Shown here: positions 40,703-51,022 of the stretch, in pieces
Numbering within the stretch: the stretch's first letter is position 1
Layout of the letters: each line of letters begins with the position of its first letter
Virus record (IMG/VR): IMGVR_UViG_3300012000_002192
Coordinates: 1 to 64,000 of that record
Length of the DNA stretch: 64,000 bases
DNA from: an uncultured virus (IMG/VR IMGVR_UViG_3300012000_002192)
Lineage: Duplodnaviria; Heunggongvirae; Uroviricota; Caudoviricetes
Strand: one strand, 5' to 3'
Made by a program: the position numbers and the translations under genes
Notes under the pieces: model-generated
Database searches by the model: none
What the model saw: the letters and a program-made list of their open reading frames with translations, nothing else
Told to the model about the DNA's origin: nothing

Positions 40703-41347
40703 TTATCCCTGTGGTTCTACTACTTGTGCTTTGATAGAGTTGTCAAAATTAACGCTATCATCAAAAGTCAAAACCCAATCTTGTATATCTGTTGCTAAGT
40801 TTTTACCAGTTGTGTCGTAATAGTTAAAAATTTTACTAACACTTCCAATCATAAGTAAAATTTGAGAAAAGTTTATGGAATCTTTGCCCAATCCCTTAAC
40901 TTTATGTTGTGATATTAGATGATAGATATAAGTTACATCTGTTGCTGACATCGGAAAAGAAGAAATATCCGTTTTAGAGTTTCTAATAGAATCAATCAGT
41001 GATTTAATTTCGATTGCAAAAAATACTGAATTGACATCATATTCTAGTTTATTTTGGATTAGGTCTTGTAGATACTTAGCTTGTTCTTTATCTAAAAAGA
41101 AATTATATCTGACTGACTCAAGTGTGTCGATAAAAGATTTCCAAATTTTTTGAGCTGATAAATACATCTCATCTTTTTCGCTATTTGTTTTACCTTTTCC
41201 GGAGTTATTAGACATATAGTCTTTAATTTCCTGAATAATTGAGTCTAGTTTATTTTCTTGTTCTGTTGCAATTAGTTGCATCTCGGTTTCAGCTCTAGTT
41301 ATTGTAGTTTCTGGTTTTACTACTGCTGTTTCTAATTTTTTACCCAT
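40703..41347 (-). CDS. Hypothetical protein
   Basis: 214-aa ORF in a minus-strand operon. Confidence 0.7.
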   Translation of the reverse strand: MGKKLETAVVKPETTITRAETEMQLIATEQENKLDSIIQEIKDYMSNNSGKGKTNSEKDEMYLSAQKIWKSFIDTLESVRYNFFLDKEQAKYLQDLIQNKLEYDVNSVFFAIEIKSLIDSIRNSKTDISSFPMSATDVTYIYHLISQHKVKGLGKDSINFSQILLMIGSVSKIFNYYDTTGKNLATDIQDWVLTFDDSVNFDNSIKAQVVEPQG

Positions 41348-41363
41348 TTTTTTATTTATTTTT

Positions 41364-41618
41364 TTATCCGTTAATTTGGTCAGTCTTTTTAGGATATAGT
41401 TCTAAAAGACATTCTAATTTATCTTTGGCGGCTGCATAAACCTCAAGCCATTTGTCGTGTTCTTCCAATAAGTCGGAATGCTCGCCTATTGAAGCTAGAT
41501 TAGTGTTGGAAAAATATAAAGCCAGATTAGCCATCGCTTCTTCCATTTGAGCCTCATACTTTTTTGTCAGCGCCCTTAAATAATTCTCTCCTAAGTTGTT
41601 AAATGATAAATTCTTCAT
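41364..41618 (-). CDS. Hypothetical protein
   Basis: 84 aa, IGEHSD motif, helical. Confidence 0.65.
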   Translation of the reverse strand: MKNLSFNNLGENYLRALTKKYEAQMEEAMANLALYFSNTNLASIGEHSDLLEEHDKWLEVYAAAKDKLECLLELYPKKTDQING

Positions 41619-42027
41619 CTCTGCTATCTTGTTTTTGTTGGTTATAAAGTTCTTCTACTTTGTTTGCTCTGGCTACTTTTTCAACTCCCCACTTATTTAC
41701 AAGTGATGAAAAAGTATTCAAATCGGTTTTTACTAATTTAATTTTTCCTGATTCAATATTCATATTAATTTTGTCAATCTCCTGTTCAAAAAGGATAGTA
41801 ATAGACTCATCATCGTAATGATTTAGTAGATCTTCGTTGATTGATACTTTTAGTTCTTTTTGTAAGATAAAGGCATAGTCATCTGCTATTTTAGAAATCT
41901 TGACTAAGTTTTTTTGTTTTGTGTCCCCGATAAATTCAATTTTAATTGAAACAGGGAAAGATTTTTTATTGAATACTGAGAAAAAAGAATCAATAGTATC
42001 TTGTGATAAATCGTAAAATCTGTCCAT
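41599..42027 (-). CDS. Hypothetical protein
   Basis: 142 aa; AAAC-N18-TATAA upstream. Confidence 0.7.
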   Translation of the reverse strand: MDRFYDLSQDTIDSFFSVFNKKSFPVSIKIEFIGDTKQKNLVKISKIADDYAFILQKELKVSINEDLLNHYDDESITILFEQEIDKINMNIESGKIKLVKTDLNTFSSLVNKWGVEKVARANKVEELYNQQKQDSRDEEFII

Positions 42028-42077
42028 TTATTTTTTTTTATTATTTATAAGTTAAAAGAGTAAAAAAGTTTAGATTA

Positions 42078-42485
42078 TTAAATTAGTAATAGTGCTAAAG
42101 ATAATATTACTACTAATGGTATAAATACATAGTATAATCTATTGTAGAATTTATTAGTTTCAAACTGAGAAAAACCTATTACTATAAGCCAAGAATATTT
42201 TTCCACTTTTCTTATTTCATATACCTTATAAAGTTCTGTAAGGCCATTTTCATTTAGCCACTTACTTACATCTTTTGTATAGGTTTCGACATAATTTTTT
42301 GTAATAATATCTACATCACTTTTTCTCAAACTGTATGAATCACCAACTAATTCCTCTGGAACATTTATTACCGTATAGAGTCTACAGGCATAATCTTTTC
42401 TTAAGTTAAACCTATTTTGAATAATCGTTTTATTGTTATTAATTATTTTTCGCCAGTAAAAGAAGGTTCTCAACTTTTTTAACAT
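42078..42485 (-). CDS. Hypothetical protein with C-terminal TM
   Basis: RLYTVINVP motif; hydrophobic C-terminus. Confidence 0.65.
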   Translation of the reverse strand: MLKKLRTFFYWRKIINNNKTIIQNRFNLRKDYACRLYTVINVPEELVGDSYSLRKSDVDIITKNYVETYTKDVSKWLNENGLTELYKVYEIRKVEKYSWLIVIGFSQFETNKFYNRLYYVFIPLVVILSLALLLI

Positions 42486-42614
42486 ATTAGGTTTTATATA
42501 TTTTTTTTAAATTTTGTTTACCCACCTATGAACATCTACCTTTATTTGTTAATTTACATTCATCAAAAAAAATAAACCGCTATTTAAATAAAAAAAATGC
42601 AGGCCATAGAAACT

Positions 42615-45600
42615 TTATAGATGAAAAAAATCGAAAAGCGAAGCCGGCGCTGCTGGTGGTGTTTTTTTAGGGGGATCCTGACCAACGACTACTGGTTTAC
42701 TTGGTTCACTATCAGCGTCTGATAAATATTTATTTATACTTGATGAATCTCCTTTTATTGACTTTAGAACCGATACAGCTGTTTTAATTTCTTTGATAAG
42801 TTCTTCAAACTTAGGATTATAATTTCTTGCACCTGAATTAGACTCAACTTTGACCTTTTTAGCTGAAAAGAGGTCTTTGGTTACAACAGGAGAAATCCTC
42901 CTTTCTGGGTTGTAAGTGCCTGATGAAACCTCTGATGTGATTTTTGCGAGTTCCTTGAGGTCTTTAAGTTTAAGTATCTTTATAGCCCTACCCAGTTTGA
43001 GTAGAGCATTGGCCATTGCGTCATAACCCTTAGCTAACTTTATCATTTTTTTCGAATAAGAGGATATTGGGTCATTTCCTGTCAAGTCTCTAAGGAAATT
43101 TCCCCCAGAGTTACTTCTCTCAATTTCTGCAATCTTTTTCACCACATATGCAAAGTCTATCAAGTTCTTCCCTACTTTTGCCATGAAGTTTGGATCTATC
43201 TTCATGTCAAATGCCTTTCTACCTGAATACATTATCCAAGCAACTTTAACTAATTTTTTAGCCGCTTTGGCCACAGTATCATCCGAACGAGATTCCATTA
43301 AAGCGGACGCTCCGGCAAATCCAAGACCCAGTAATGGATTCACTGCGGTAAGACCAATCATTAGAGCAGATTTTAATTTGCTTTCACCTGATAATGACTC
43401 TAGTTGTTTTTGTAAGAAAAAATATCTCAGTAAATTTTTGGACAAATTTGTTACCCATTCTGAAGGCAGACTATACGAAAAGAATTTTTTATTGTGCCAT
43501 AGAATTTGAGCCACATTTGCCATTTGAATCGCTATGTCCTTTGGTAAGCTAAGGTCTTTTCTTACTTTAACTGTTTTACTTAAACTAACTTTTGCTAGAC
43601 CAAAACCCACACTGGCCTCTGTGGTAACAGTCTTTTCAGACACAAGCATTTTATCTAATTGAAGAGCAAGTTTTGCAAACTCGAGTATGTTAATCTTAAC
43701 TCCTTTTATCCAGTTTAGAGAAATAGTGAATCCAAATGACTTCCTGTTTTTATAAAATGCATTAGCTACCACGGCCATCGATACTGCAGCAGATGCTACA
43801 CCTTTAGACAAATAAGCAAAATAATCCGTTGATAGACCTTTTTTGTCTAACATCTCAAAGATACCAACAAAAGACTCTATTGCTTGTTTTATTCCTGTTC
43901 CCCACTTTTTGGATGGATAATTGGTGAACTGAATTTTGCTATTAGAAAGTATACTACCTGATCCTACAATTGCCCTAGTTACAGCTAAGATACCCCAAAT
44001 CATGTCTTCAACGGCGTCTTTCCCTGACGAAAACCACCCACCCCCTTCACTTAGTGTTTTAAATACTGGAGCAAATGCTCCAATCGCTAATCCAACACCT
44101 TCTGCCCATTTTTTAGGGGGACCGTCTTTAAAAACTGCTTTATTTTTAGCAAAAAACGCAGCCGCTGCTACTATACCTTGTGAAGTAATCTTGATGGCTT
44201 TTACAAAATCTTTTGGAGATACTCCGCTAGCACCAAAAGCTTTGAAGACGGCTGCTTTCACTAACATAGCGTAAACTGGACCAAAGGCACCTATGGCTAA
44301 AGATACACCCTCGGCCCATTTTTTCGAAGGACCGCCTTTATATGTTCCTTTTGCTAATATTTTATCAACAGCTATAATAGAGTTAGCCACCGATACCAAC
44401 ATTTTTTGACCTTCTTTAAAAGGATCTGGTCCACCAAAGAAGCCAGAGATTTTACCGGCGATTGCCACAGCACCTAAAATTAGTATGATTGGAGTAAAAG
44501 TTGCGTAGAGTAAGACAACTCCTGCGGCCCATTGACCAAAGTTCGCATTATATTTGCCCTTTGATAGGATATTTGACACATCGACTATACTATTTGCTAC
44601 TTTTTTAAGAAGCGGGAAGCCAGCATAAAAGAAAGGATTAAGAACGTTTAGACCTAGCACAATAATACCTGCCGTAAAGGCACCTAAAGTTAGTGCTACG
44701 GATGCGGACCAACCAATACTTGGATATTTGTTGTATTTTCCGGCAGATAAAATGGCGTCAGCGCCAACAATTGCAACTGCTACCAACATAATTGCTGCAA
44801 GACCGGCTAAGAAAACTAAAGCCTGTGGGCCAAATACGGCTGAACCTAATGCCAAAGCACCTACTCCGAATGCTGTAAGTGCTAATGCTACGCCAAGACC
44901 CCATTTTACCGAGGGATATTTATTGTATTTGCCTATGTTTAGAATAAGTGAAGTAAGTGCTATTACACCGGCTAAAATCACAATCACTAAGCCTCCTTTG
45001 AGAGCATCTAATGGGTTGATTAGAATATTTATGATTTTTACAGCAATTGCCATAGCAATAGCAACTATGGCAATTGCGATTCCAAAGAAAATTATTCTAA
45101 ATATTGTTGAAAAGGTTAATTTGTCAAATGATTTGGAAAATTTTGCAAAAATCCAACTAGATACCGCAACTGCCAGTGATATTAAAGTGAAAAGAATTGG
45201 TAGTAAGATTACTTTCTTAAAACTTATATCACCCAATATTTTAAGAGCAAAAGCAGCTACGATTGTGATGATACCAATAGCAATACCTACGAGTGCAATT
45301 TTTACAATTGTCATAAAAGTTATTTTTCCTAAACTGAGGATCACTTTGTCTTGGCCAAAGATATAAGCAGAAGCAGCAACGGCAAGTGATATTAACGTCA
45401 ATAAAAGCGGTAGTAGAATCACTGTTTTAAGATCAAGATTTTTCAGATTCTTTATCGCGTATGACATCACAAAGGTTATTGCTCCAATTGCTACTCCGAG
45501 TAATAAAATTTTGAACATAGTTGCCCAACTTAGTTTATCAAATGATGACTTGAAAACGGCGAAAATTTTAGCAGCCATTGCGATACCAAGTGCAATTGCT

Positions 45601-46814
45601 ACCATAGCAAATGGCAGTGCTAATATAGCCACAAGAGCAAACGGACCTAATGAGTTTATCAGCTTACCTATACCCATTGATACAACAGCAAACATACCGG
45701 CAATCAATATCGCGGTCACTGCTTGTCTGAAGCCAATTGGTTGTATCATTTGTAGCACTTTTGAGGATAACGCAATTCCTGCAGATATGGCAACCATTAT
45801 AATTGGTAATATTAGAGCCATGGCTGCAACTTTTCCAATACCAATGCTCTGAGTTTTAAATCCAAATCCACTCCCTGATGCCTCAGTTGTGGTGGTAAAT
45901 GCGGTAATAAGACCAGCGATGCCTTTTGCGACAACAGCAAACATCACGGCTATAAGGGTTATTGTAATTAGTTGAGTTATTTTAAGAGGCACTACTAGTG
46001 ATAAAATTTTTGAAGATATCATAATACCTATTGAACTGGTAATCATCAACAGCGGAACCATAACTAAGGCACCCATAAAGGCGGTCATATCTAATTTTTG
46101 AGTTTTTATCGTAATGCCCTCGAATCCAACCTCCTGTGACGTCATTAGAGATGATATCAGTTTACCAATTGCTGGTGCTACTAAAACAAATAGTAAAGCT
46201 ATTACGGCGGCTGTCAGGGCTTGTTTAATGGAAATTGGTGTTATTTTTGACAATAATTTTGATGAGATCATCGTTGCTAGTGACATTGTGACCATGATAA
46301 GAGAAGTCGTAAGAGCCTCTTTTATCGTTAGTGGGCCACCAGATGCGCCTTTTATTTTTGCAACCCTCTCAAAAGCAAAGGCCACCAATACGATACCTAT
46401 TCCTAATGCGATAACTGACATAATATTAACTTTGCCAACTAATTTAAAGGCCATTCCTATGGCTAATACCGCCACAGCAATTAATAGAATAGTAGCCAGT
46501 CCCTTTTTTAGAGCCCCTGTTTTTTTTGGATCACCTGCATCGGTCATTGGGTCTTTAGGGTCTCCGGTCTTTTTTTCTGTCTCTTTTTTCTTTGCTAAGG
46601 CAATTAGCGTTTTTTGGTTTTTTAGGATTTCTTGAGTATCAGTCTTAATTGATTGGATTTCAACCGAAATTTGTTCCAGTGATTTGCCAAAATCACCTGA
46701 TTGAACTGCTTCTCCAACATTAGATTTTGCTTCGCCACTTTTTTGTAGTGCCTCTACAAGTGCCTCCAGACCTACTCCGATATTGTCTAATGCTTTTAAT
46801 AATTGTTTATCCAT
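42615..46814 (-). CDS. Tape-measure-like protein
   Basis: 1399 aa, Ala/Ile/Gly-rich helical repeats with many hydrophobic segments and P...W..GV repeats; TATATATA upstream. Confidence 0.65.
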   Translation of the reverse strand: MDKQLLKALDNIGVGLEALVEALQKSGEAKSNVGEAVQSGDFGKSLEQISVEIQSIKTDTQEILKNQKTLIALAKKKETEKKTGDPKDPMTDAGDPKKTGALKKGLATILLIAVAVLAIGMAFKLVGKVNIMSVIALGIGIVLVAFAFERVAKIKGASGGPLTIKEALTTSLIMVTMSLATMISSKLLSKITPISIKQALTAAVIALLFVLVAPAIGKLISSLMTSQEVGFEGITIKTQKLDMTAFMGALVMVPLLMITSSIGIMISSKILSLVVPLKITQLITITLIAVMFAVVAKGIAGLITAFTTTTEASGSGFGFKTQSIGIGKVAAMALILPIIMVAISAGIALSSKVLQMIQPIGFRQAVTAILIAGMFAVVSMGIGKLINSLGPFALVAILALPFAMVAIALGIAMAAKIFAVFKSSFDKLSWATMFKILLLGVAIGAITFVMSYAIKNLKNLDLKTVILLPLLLTLISLAVAASAYIFGQDKVILSLGKITFMTIVKIALVGIAIGIITIVAAFALKILGDISFKKVILLPILFTLISLAVAVSSWIFAKFSKSFDKLTFSTIFRIIFFGIAIAIVAIAMAIAVKIINILINPLDALKGGLVIVILAGVIALTSLILNIGKYNKYPSVKWGLGVALALTAFGVGALALGSAVFGPQALVFLAGLAAIMLVAVAIVGADAILSAGKYNKYPSIGWSASVALTLGAFTAGIIVLGLNVLNPFFYAGFPLLKKVANSIVDVSNILSKGKYNANFGQWAAGVVLLYATFTPIILILGAVAIAGKISGFFGGPDPFKEGQKMLVSVANSIIAVDKILAKGTYKGGPSKKWAEGVSLAIGAFGPVYAMLVKAAVFKAFGASGVSPKDFVKAIKITSQGIVAAAAFFAKNKAVFKDGPPKKWAEGVGLAIGAFAPVFKTLSEGGGWFSSGKDAVEDMIWGILAVTRAIVGSGSILSNSKIQFTNYPSKKWGTGIKQAIESFVGIFEMLDKKGLSTDYFAYLSKGVASAAVSMAVVANAFYKNRKSFGFTISLNWIKGVKINILEFAKLALQLDKMLVSEKTVTTEASVGFGLAKVSLSKTVKVRKDLSLPKDIAIQMANVAQILWHNKKFFSYSLPSEWVTNLSKNLLRYFFLQKQLESLSGESKLKSALMIGLTAVNPLLGLGFAGASALMESRSDDTVAKAAKKLVKVAWIMYSGRKAFDMKIDPNFMAKVGKNLIDFAYVVKKIAEIERSNSGGNFLRDLTGNDPISSYSKKMIKLAKGYDAMANALLKLGRAIKILKLKDLKELAKITSEVSSGTYNPERRISPVVTKDLFSAKKVKVESNSGARNYNPKFEELIKEIKTAVSVLKSIKGDSSSINKYLSDADSEPSKPVVVGQDPPKKTPPAAPASLFDFFHL

Positions 46815-46892
46815 AAAAAACAGAAATTTTCAAAGTATATATAAAAACCACAATATCTCTGATTAATATATACAATAAAAGAAGATTTAATT

Positions 46893-47324
46893 ATGAAAAT
46901 TAGAAAAATCTTCAGGAAGTATCTTCTACCTGATTTAGATACTAGTGAGACTCAAAAACCAATCGAAAAATTGAGCTCAGAGACAGTTGCTGTTAGTCGA
47001 GTCATCACACCTTTTCCTGTTCATAACAAAGATTTTATGCTACTTTCGAAGTGCTCGGTGAGTCAAAAAATAAACGAACTTATCGAATCGAAAATTGTTA
47101 TTATTTGTAATTTACACGATAGAGATGGTAAGTTTGGACTTAGAATCGTAAATTTAGAGGTTGACTACGGAACCGAATCAGTTTTAGTTATTATGACCGG
47201 TGGAGTTGTCCATCCGCTAGAGGATAAATTTTTATATAATTTAATATATAATCTGCAAAAAAATCAGTATTCACTTGAAGAACATGATGAATATTTTGAA
47301 AAAATAGAAGTAGATGAAAATTAA
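46893..47324 (+). CDS. Hypothetical protein
   Basis: 143 aa after TAATATATA. Confidence 0.6.
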   Translation: MKIRKIFRKYLLPDLDTSETQKPIEKLSSETVAVSRVITPFPVHNKDFMLLSKCSVSQKINELIESKIVIICNLHDRDGKFGLRIVNLEVDYGTESVLVIMTGGVVHPLEDKFLYNLIYNLQKNQYSLEEHDEYFEKIEVDEN

Positions 47325-47637
47325 AAAATATACTCAATTTATTAATGAGATATCAGGAACGGAGATTCCTCAAAAGGCTCAAGGTAGTTATTTCGGACCG
47401 GCTTATGGTGATACGGTTAGTCCAAATACAATTAATAAATCACACACTGGGCTTAAACAGGTGCATAATTTTCAAAATCCTGATTCAAAGAATGATTTAA
47501 CAAGTGACCTCTTTTTTGGAGATGATTATAACAGCATACTTACAGAATATCTTAAAGCCGGTGGTAGTCGGGCCGATTTAAGTGGCGAGGAGTCAGAAGA
47601 TATCTCAATAATGTTAAATTTTTTAAAAGAAAAGTAG
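47314..47637 (+). CDS. Hypothetical protein with capsid-targeting-like N-terminus
   Basis: MKIKKYTQFINE. Confidence 0.65.
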   Translation: MKIKKYTQFINEISGTEIPQKAQGSYFGPAYGDTVSPNTINKSHTGLKQVHNFQNPDSKNDLTSDLFFGDDYNSILTEYLKAGGSRADLSGEESEDISIMLNFLKEK

Positions 47638-47675
47638 TTTTTTATATATACGATTGATAAAAACAGAAATCAATT

Positions 47676-48992
47676 ATGAGTAGATTATTAACCTTAAATT
47701 CCGTCGAAGACGATAATATAATTAATGACATCCTAAACGATGAACTAATTATAATTGAAGATATACAGGGTTCAAAAATCTGGGTTAACTGGGATGGTCA
47801 TAATTTTCAAATCAGAACAAAATCAGTCAATGGTGAGAAAATCAATCTTGTCGACTTGGCAATGCAGAATTATTATAATCCTGTTTTTGATTATCTAAAT
47901 AGTTTAGAACAGAGAGTTAAAAGTTTGCTTAATAGAAAGTGGTGGTTTTGCTTTGAATATTTCCCTGATGAGCAACCGGCTAACATCCAGTATAGTAGAG
48001 TTCCCCAAAATGGACTTGTACTTACTTCTATTTATAAACAGGGTAAATATGGTTTTCAAATCGATGAAATCGGTGAGTATGCTAGACTTTTCCAAGTTGA
48101 TTCAATTCCTGTTATCTATCAAGGTAGATTAACCGAAACTATGAAAGAGGCAATACTTTATTTCTTAAATACATCAGAACATGATTTAGAATTTGTTTTT
48201 GGAGAGAAGTCATTCTCTTTCTTCTTTTACAAGATTCTAAACCCAAGTATTCAAAATTCCTTTTTAATGGAAAACGAATTTCAAAATAATTTACAAAAAT
48301 TAATAATTAAAAGTAAGACTAAAGATATCTCTTTTGAACTATTAAATCCACTTTATAGAAGAGCCGATGATTCAAACTCAACAGAATTTGTTGAAATCTA
48401 TACACTAATATTGGTAAATTTTCTTAATTTTTGCCAGTCTATTAATTTAGAAGATATCAAAATCAAAGGTGAAAATTTTGAAGAGATGTATATTTTTTTG
48501 ATGTCAAAGTTGTTTAATCTCTACATTAATCAAGTTAAAGATGATATTGAAAATTTTGATTTTGTGGTTCCTAAGTTTTTCGATAAAGATAAATTTAAAA
48601 TAAACACACAATTAATAAAAAATAAACTTACAATTGAATACCTGTCATACTCTGATAAATTTGAATACATATTCAAAGTGATTCTTGGAAGCTTTAGTAA
48701 AAAAAGAAAAAAACCAATCGGAATTTTTTCAGACAACACAGTTATCTTATTCAATAAATTTGTAGACCAAATCAGGTCTTATATAGATAAATATTTACAA
48801 AGAGTTCAAGAAATCGAACTTGGAAAAGTTGGACTTTTAGATTTTAGCGACTTCTTTGATATAAAATATGATGTAGATTCAACTGATCAAGTTTATCCAG
48901 ATGTTTATAGTGAATTTGAAAAAACTCCTGAATCAGACAAAAAGGGTGTTAAGTCTAAAAAGAGTAAACTATCTACAGGTGGTAAAAAATAA
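47676..48992 (+). CDS. RNA-ligase (Rnl2)-fold protein, apparently lacking the catalytic Lys
   Basis: Motif I-like EDIQGS, FEY, P.IYQG, motif IV/V-like QKLIIK and FELLNP. Confidence 0.5.
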   Translation: MSRLLTLNSVEDDNIINDILNDELIIIEDIQGSKIWVNWDGHNFQIRTKSVNGEKINLVDLAMQNYYNPVFDYLNSLEQRVKSLLNRKWWFCFEYFPDEQPANIQYSRVPQNGLVLTSIYKQGKYGFQIDEIGEYARLFQVDSIPVIYQGRLTETMKEAILYFLNTSEHDLEFVFGEKSFSFFFYKILNPSIQNSFLMENEFQNNLQKLIIKSKTKDISFELLNPLYRRADDSNSTEFVEIYTLILVNFLNFCQSINLEDIKIKGENFEEMYIFLMSKLFNLYINQVKDDIENFDFVVPKFFDKDKFKINTQLIKNKLTIEYLSYSDKFEYIFKVILGSFSKKRKKPIGIFSDNTVILFNKFVDQIRSYIDKYLQRVQEIELGKVGLLDFSDFFDIKYDVDSTDQVYPDVYSEFEKTPESDKKGVKSKKSKLSTGGKK

Positions 48993-49024
48993 AAACTTAG
49001 GCTAAAAAACAAGATATAAATCCT

Positions 49025-50245
49025 ATGCTGATGGATTTATCTTACCACAAAACAAATCTTATCGATAACCTTAAAAATAAAAAGACCCTACTACAATTTT
49101 TACCACATTGTTTATTCGAAATCTCTAAAAAAAAAATTATTCAATTTCGAGATTCTAAAATAAAGTCTAGTTATCTAATAGACCTGGTACACACTCTTAT
49201 GTTGAAATATTATTTTAAGCAAGAAAATAAATTTGTTATCAATGCACAGGTGTTAAAAGAAAAATACGGTTATCAATATAAACTTTACATTGATTGGCTT
49301 ATTGAAAATCAAATCATCATTCTTAAAAAAAACTATAAAGCCGGGGTTTCATCACGGATATATGGTCTAAATCCTCTGGTATTTAAGGGGCAAATCAAAA
49401 GATTCAATAATTCTGATAAATTCTTATTAAAGAAATTTAAAAGAAGAATCTTTGATACCACAGATCCAACTGATGATGTAAAATCCTCTATCGATGTCCA
49501 AGTTAGGCAAAAATTAATTTCTGACCTTTTTTCTGTGACTATTGATGTCGAGAGAAGCGTTTTTTATTTAGACCTACTTAAAAACGAAGACCGTGATAAT
49601 TATAATAGAAATATTTATTCTATTGAGTCAATAAATTCTAAGCATTTATTCTATCATTTTGATAATTATGGTCGATTACATACCAACTTTACCATATTAA
49701 AATCTTTTATTAGAAAAAATTGTTTAGAAATCGACGGCGAATCAACCGGGGAAATTGATATAAAAAATAGCCAACCACTTTTTCTTTGGAAATTAATCCA
49801 TCAACACGACCTCCTGTGGGTTGATAAAGAAGAAGTTAATTTCTTTAAAAATCTAACCTTATCTGGAAATTTCTATGAATATTGGGGAAAAATATTAGAA
49901 GAGAAAAATCGAAAATTAGTAAAGCAAATGACTTATAAAGTACTTTTTGGACTTAATCGACACAATTCAAAAGCTGATATTAGCTTTAGTCAAATTTTTC
50001 CAACAATACATAAATTCATTAAATTTTATAAAAAAGAATGCGGTGGTTATAAGGTCTTAGCACATGATTTACAGAAAGCCGAATCTAATCTAATCTTTAA
50101 TAACATCATTAAAAAAATTAACTTAATTTATCCAGATATAAAATTAATCACCATTCACGATAGCATCATATATCAAAAAAAGTGGCATAACGAAGTAAAA
50201 CAAATTTTTGATGCAGAAATTAATAGGGAGTTTCACCTAATTTAA
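49025..50245 (+). CDS. Compact polymerase of the DNA Pol A/T7-RNAP superfamily (TV-Pol-like)
   Basis: YGRLH, motif A EIDIKNSQP, motif B R..VK...YKVLFG, LQ..ES, motif C TIHDSI. Confidence 0.7.
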   Translation: MLMDLSYHKTNLIDNLKNKKTLLQFLPHCLFEISKKKIIQFRDSKIKSSYLIDLVHTLMLKYYFKQENKFVINAQVLKEKYGYQYKLYIDWLIENQIIILKKNYKAGVSSRIYGLNPLVFKGQIKRFNNSDKFLLKKFKRRIFDTTDPTDDVKSSIDVQVRQKLISDLFSVTIDVERSVFYLDLLKNEDRDNYNRNIYSIESINSKHLFYHFDNYGRLHTNFTILKSFIRKNCLEIDGESTGEIDIKNSQPLFLWKLIHQHDLLWVDKEEVNFFKNLTLSGNFYEYWGKILEEKNRKLVKQMTYKVLFGLNRHNSKADISFSQIFPTIHKFIKFYKKECGGYKVLAHDLQKAESNLIFNNIIKKINLIYPDIKLITIHDSIIYQKKWHNEVKQIFDAEINREFHLI

Positions 50246-50269
50246 CTGGTATATTTTAATATATACTGA

Positions 50270-50812
50270 GTGATTGATTTAAACAACCCAGACTTATCTT
50301 TTATATTATTGTCTTCTAAAAAAATAGATGATTTAATTTCCGTTCTTTATACTAAAGAATTTCAGGTCACTCCAATTAAGGGGTACTATAGAGGAAACTA
50401 TGAAGATTCTGTGATTGCTTGGGGAAATTTCGACAATGACCAGTTAAGAAACGAAATTATTTTTCTACTTGATATCTTTAATCAAGACTCTGGATTTATT
50501 AAATACTTTGCACACACCGAAGTTATGAAGATATTTAGAGATGGTCAAGAAAGACCTATGTCTCAGACTATGTATAACACAGATGATGATAATATGTCTT
50601 ATTTAGTTAATGGACTTAGCTTTTCGTTTGTTGAAAAAAGGAGGTATTGGAGTCCAAAAAGTGTGGATGAGTTAAAAACAGGAATGATAGTGGAGTATTT
50701 TAACAACAATCGATGGAATCAGAAAGTGGTAAAAAATCCAAAACAAGAATGGTCTGATATGTGGTCGCTTTTAAGTAAGTATGATAAACTTAGAGTTGCC
50801 TCAAAAAATTAA
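50270..50812 (+). CDS. Hypothetical protein
   Basis: 180 aa, GTG start after TAATATATA. Confidence 0.65.
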   Translation: MIDLNNPDLSFILLSSKKIDDLISVLYTKEFQVTPIKGYYRGNYEDSVIAWGNFDNDQLRNEIIFLLDIFNQDSGFIKYFAHTEVMKIFRDGQERPMSQTMYNTDDDNMSYLVNGLSFSFVEKRRYWSPKSVDELKTGMIVEYFNNNRWNQKVVKNPKQEWSDMWSLLSKYDKLRVASKN

Positions 50813-51022
50813 TCATCTTTGAAAATTATCTAAAAAGTTCTTTTCACTATTTGAAAGGGAATCAATTCCGTTTTTTGATATTTTGTCCAATATAGAGTCT
50901 AATTTTTTTTGTCTTTTAGACTTAAATTCAATAAACTCTTCGTCAGTCAAAGACCTCTTTTTAGAAGATGAAGTTTTAGTAAAAGATGTCCTAATCCAAT
51001 CCCAAAATCTAGAAAACATCAT
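50813..51022 (-). CDS. Small DUF6576-like protein
   Basis: LDSILDKISKNGIDSLSNSEKNFL. Confidence 0.65.
   Translation of the reverse strand: MMFSRFWDWIRTSFTKTSSSKKRSLTDEEFIEFKSKRQKKLDSILDKISKNGIDSLSNSEKNFLDNFQR

Noticed and set aside
43183..46635. Several plus-strand ORFs of 108-212 aa
   Set aside because: Antisense shadows of the Ala/Ile-rich tape-measure-like gene, with no independent motifs
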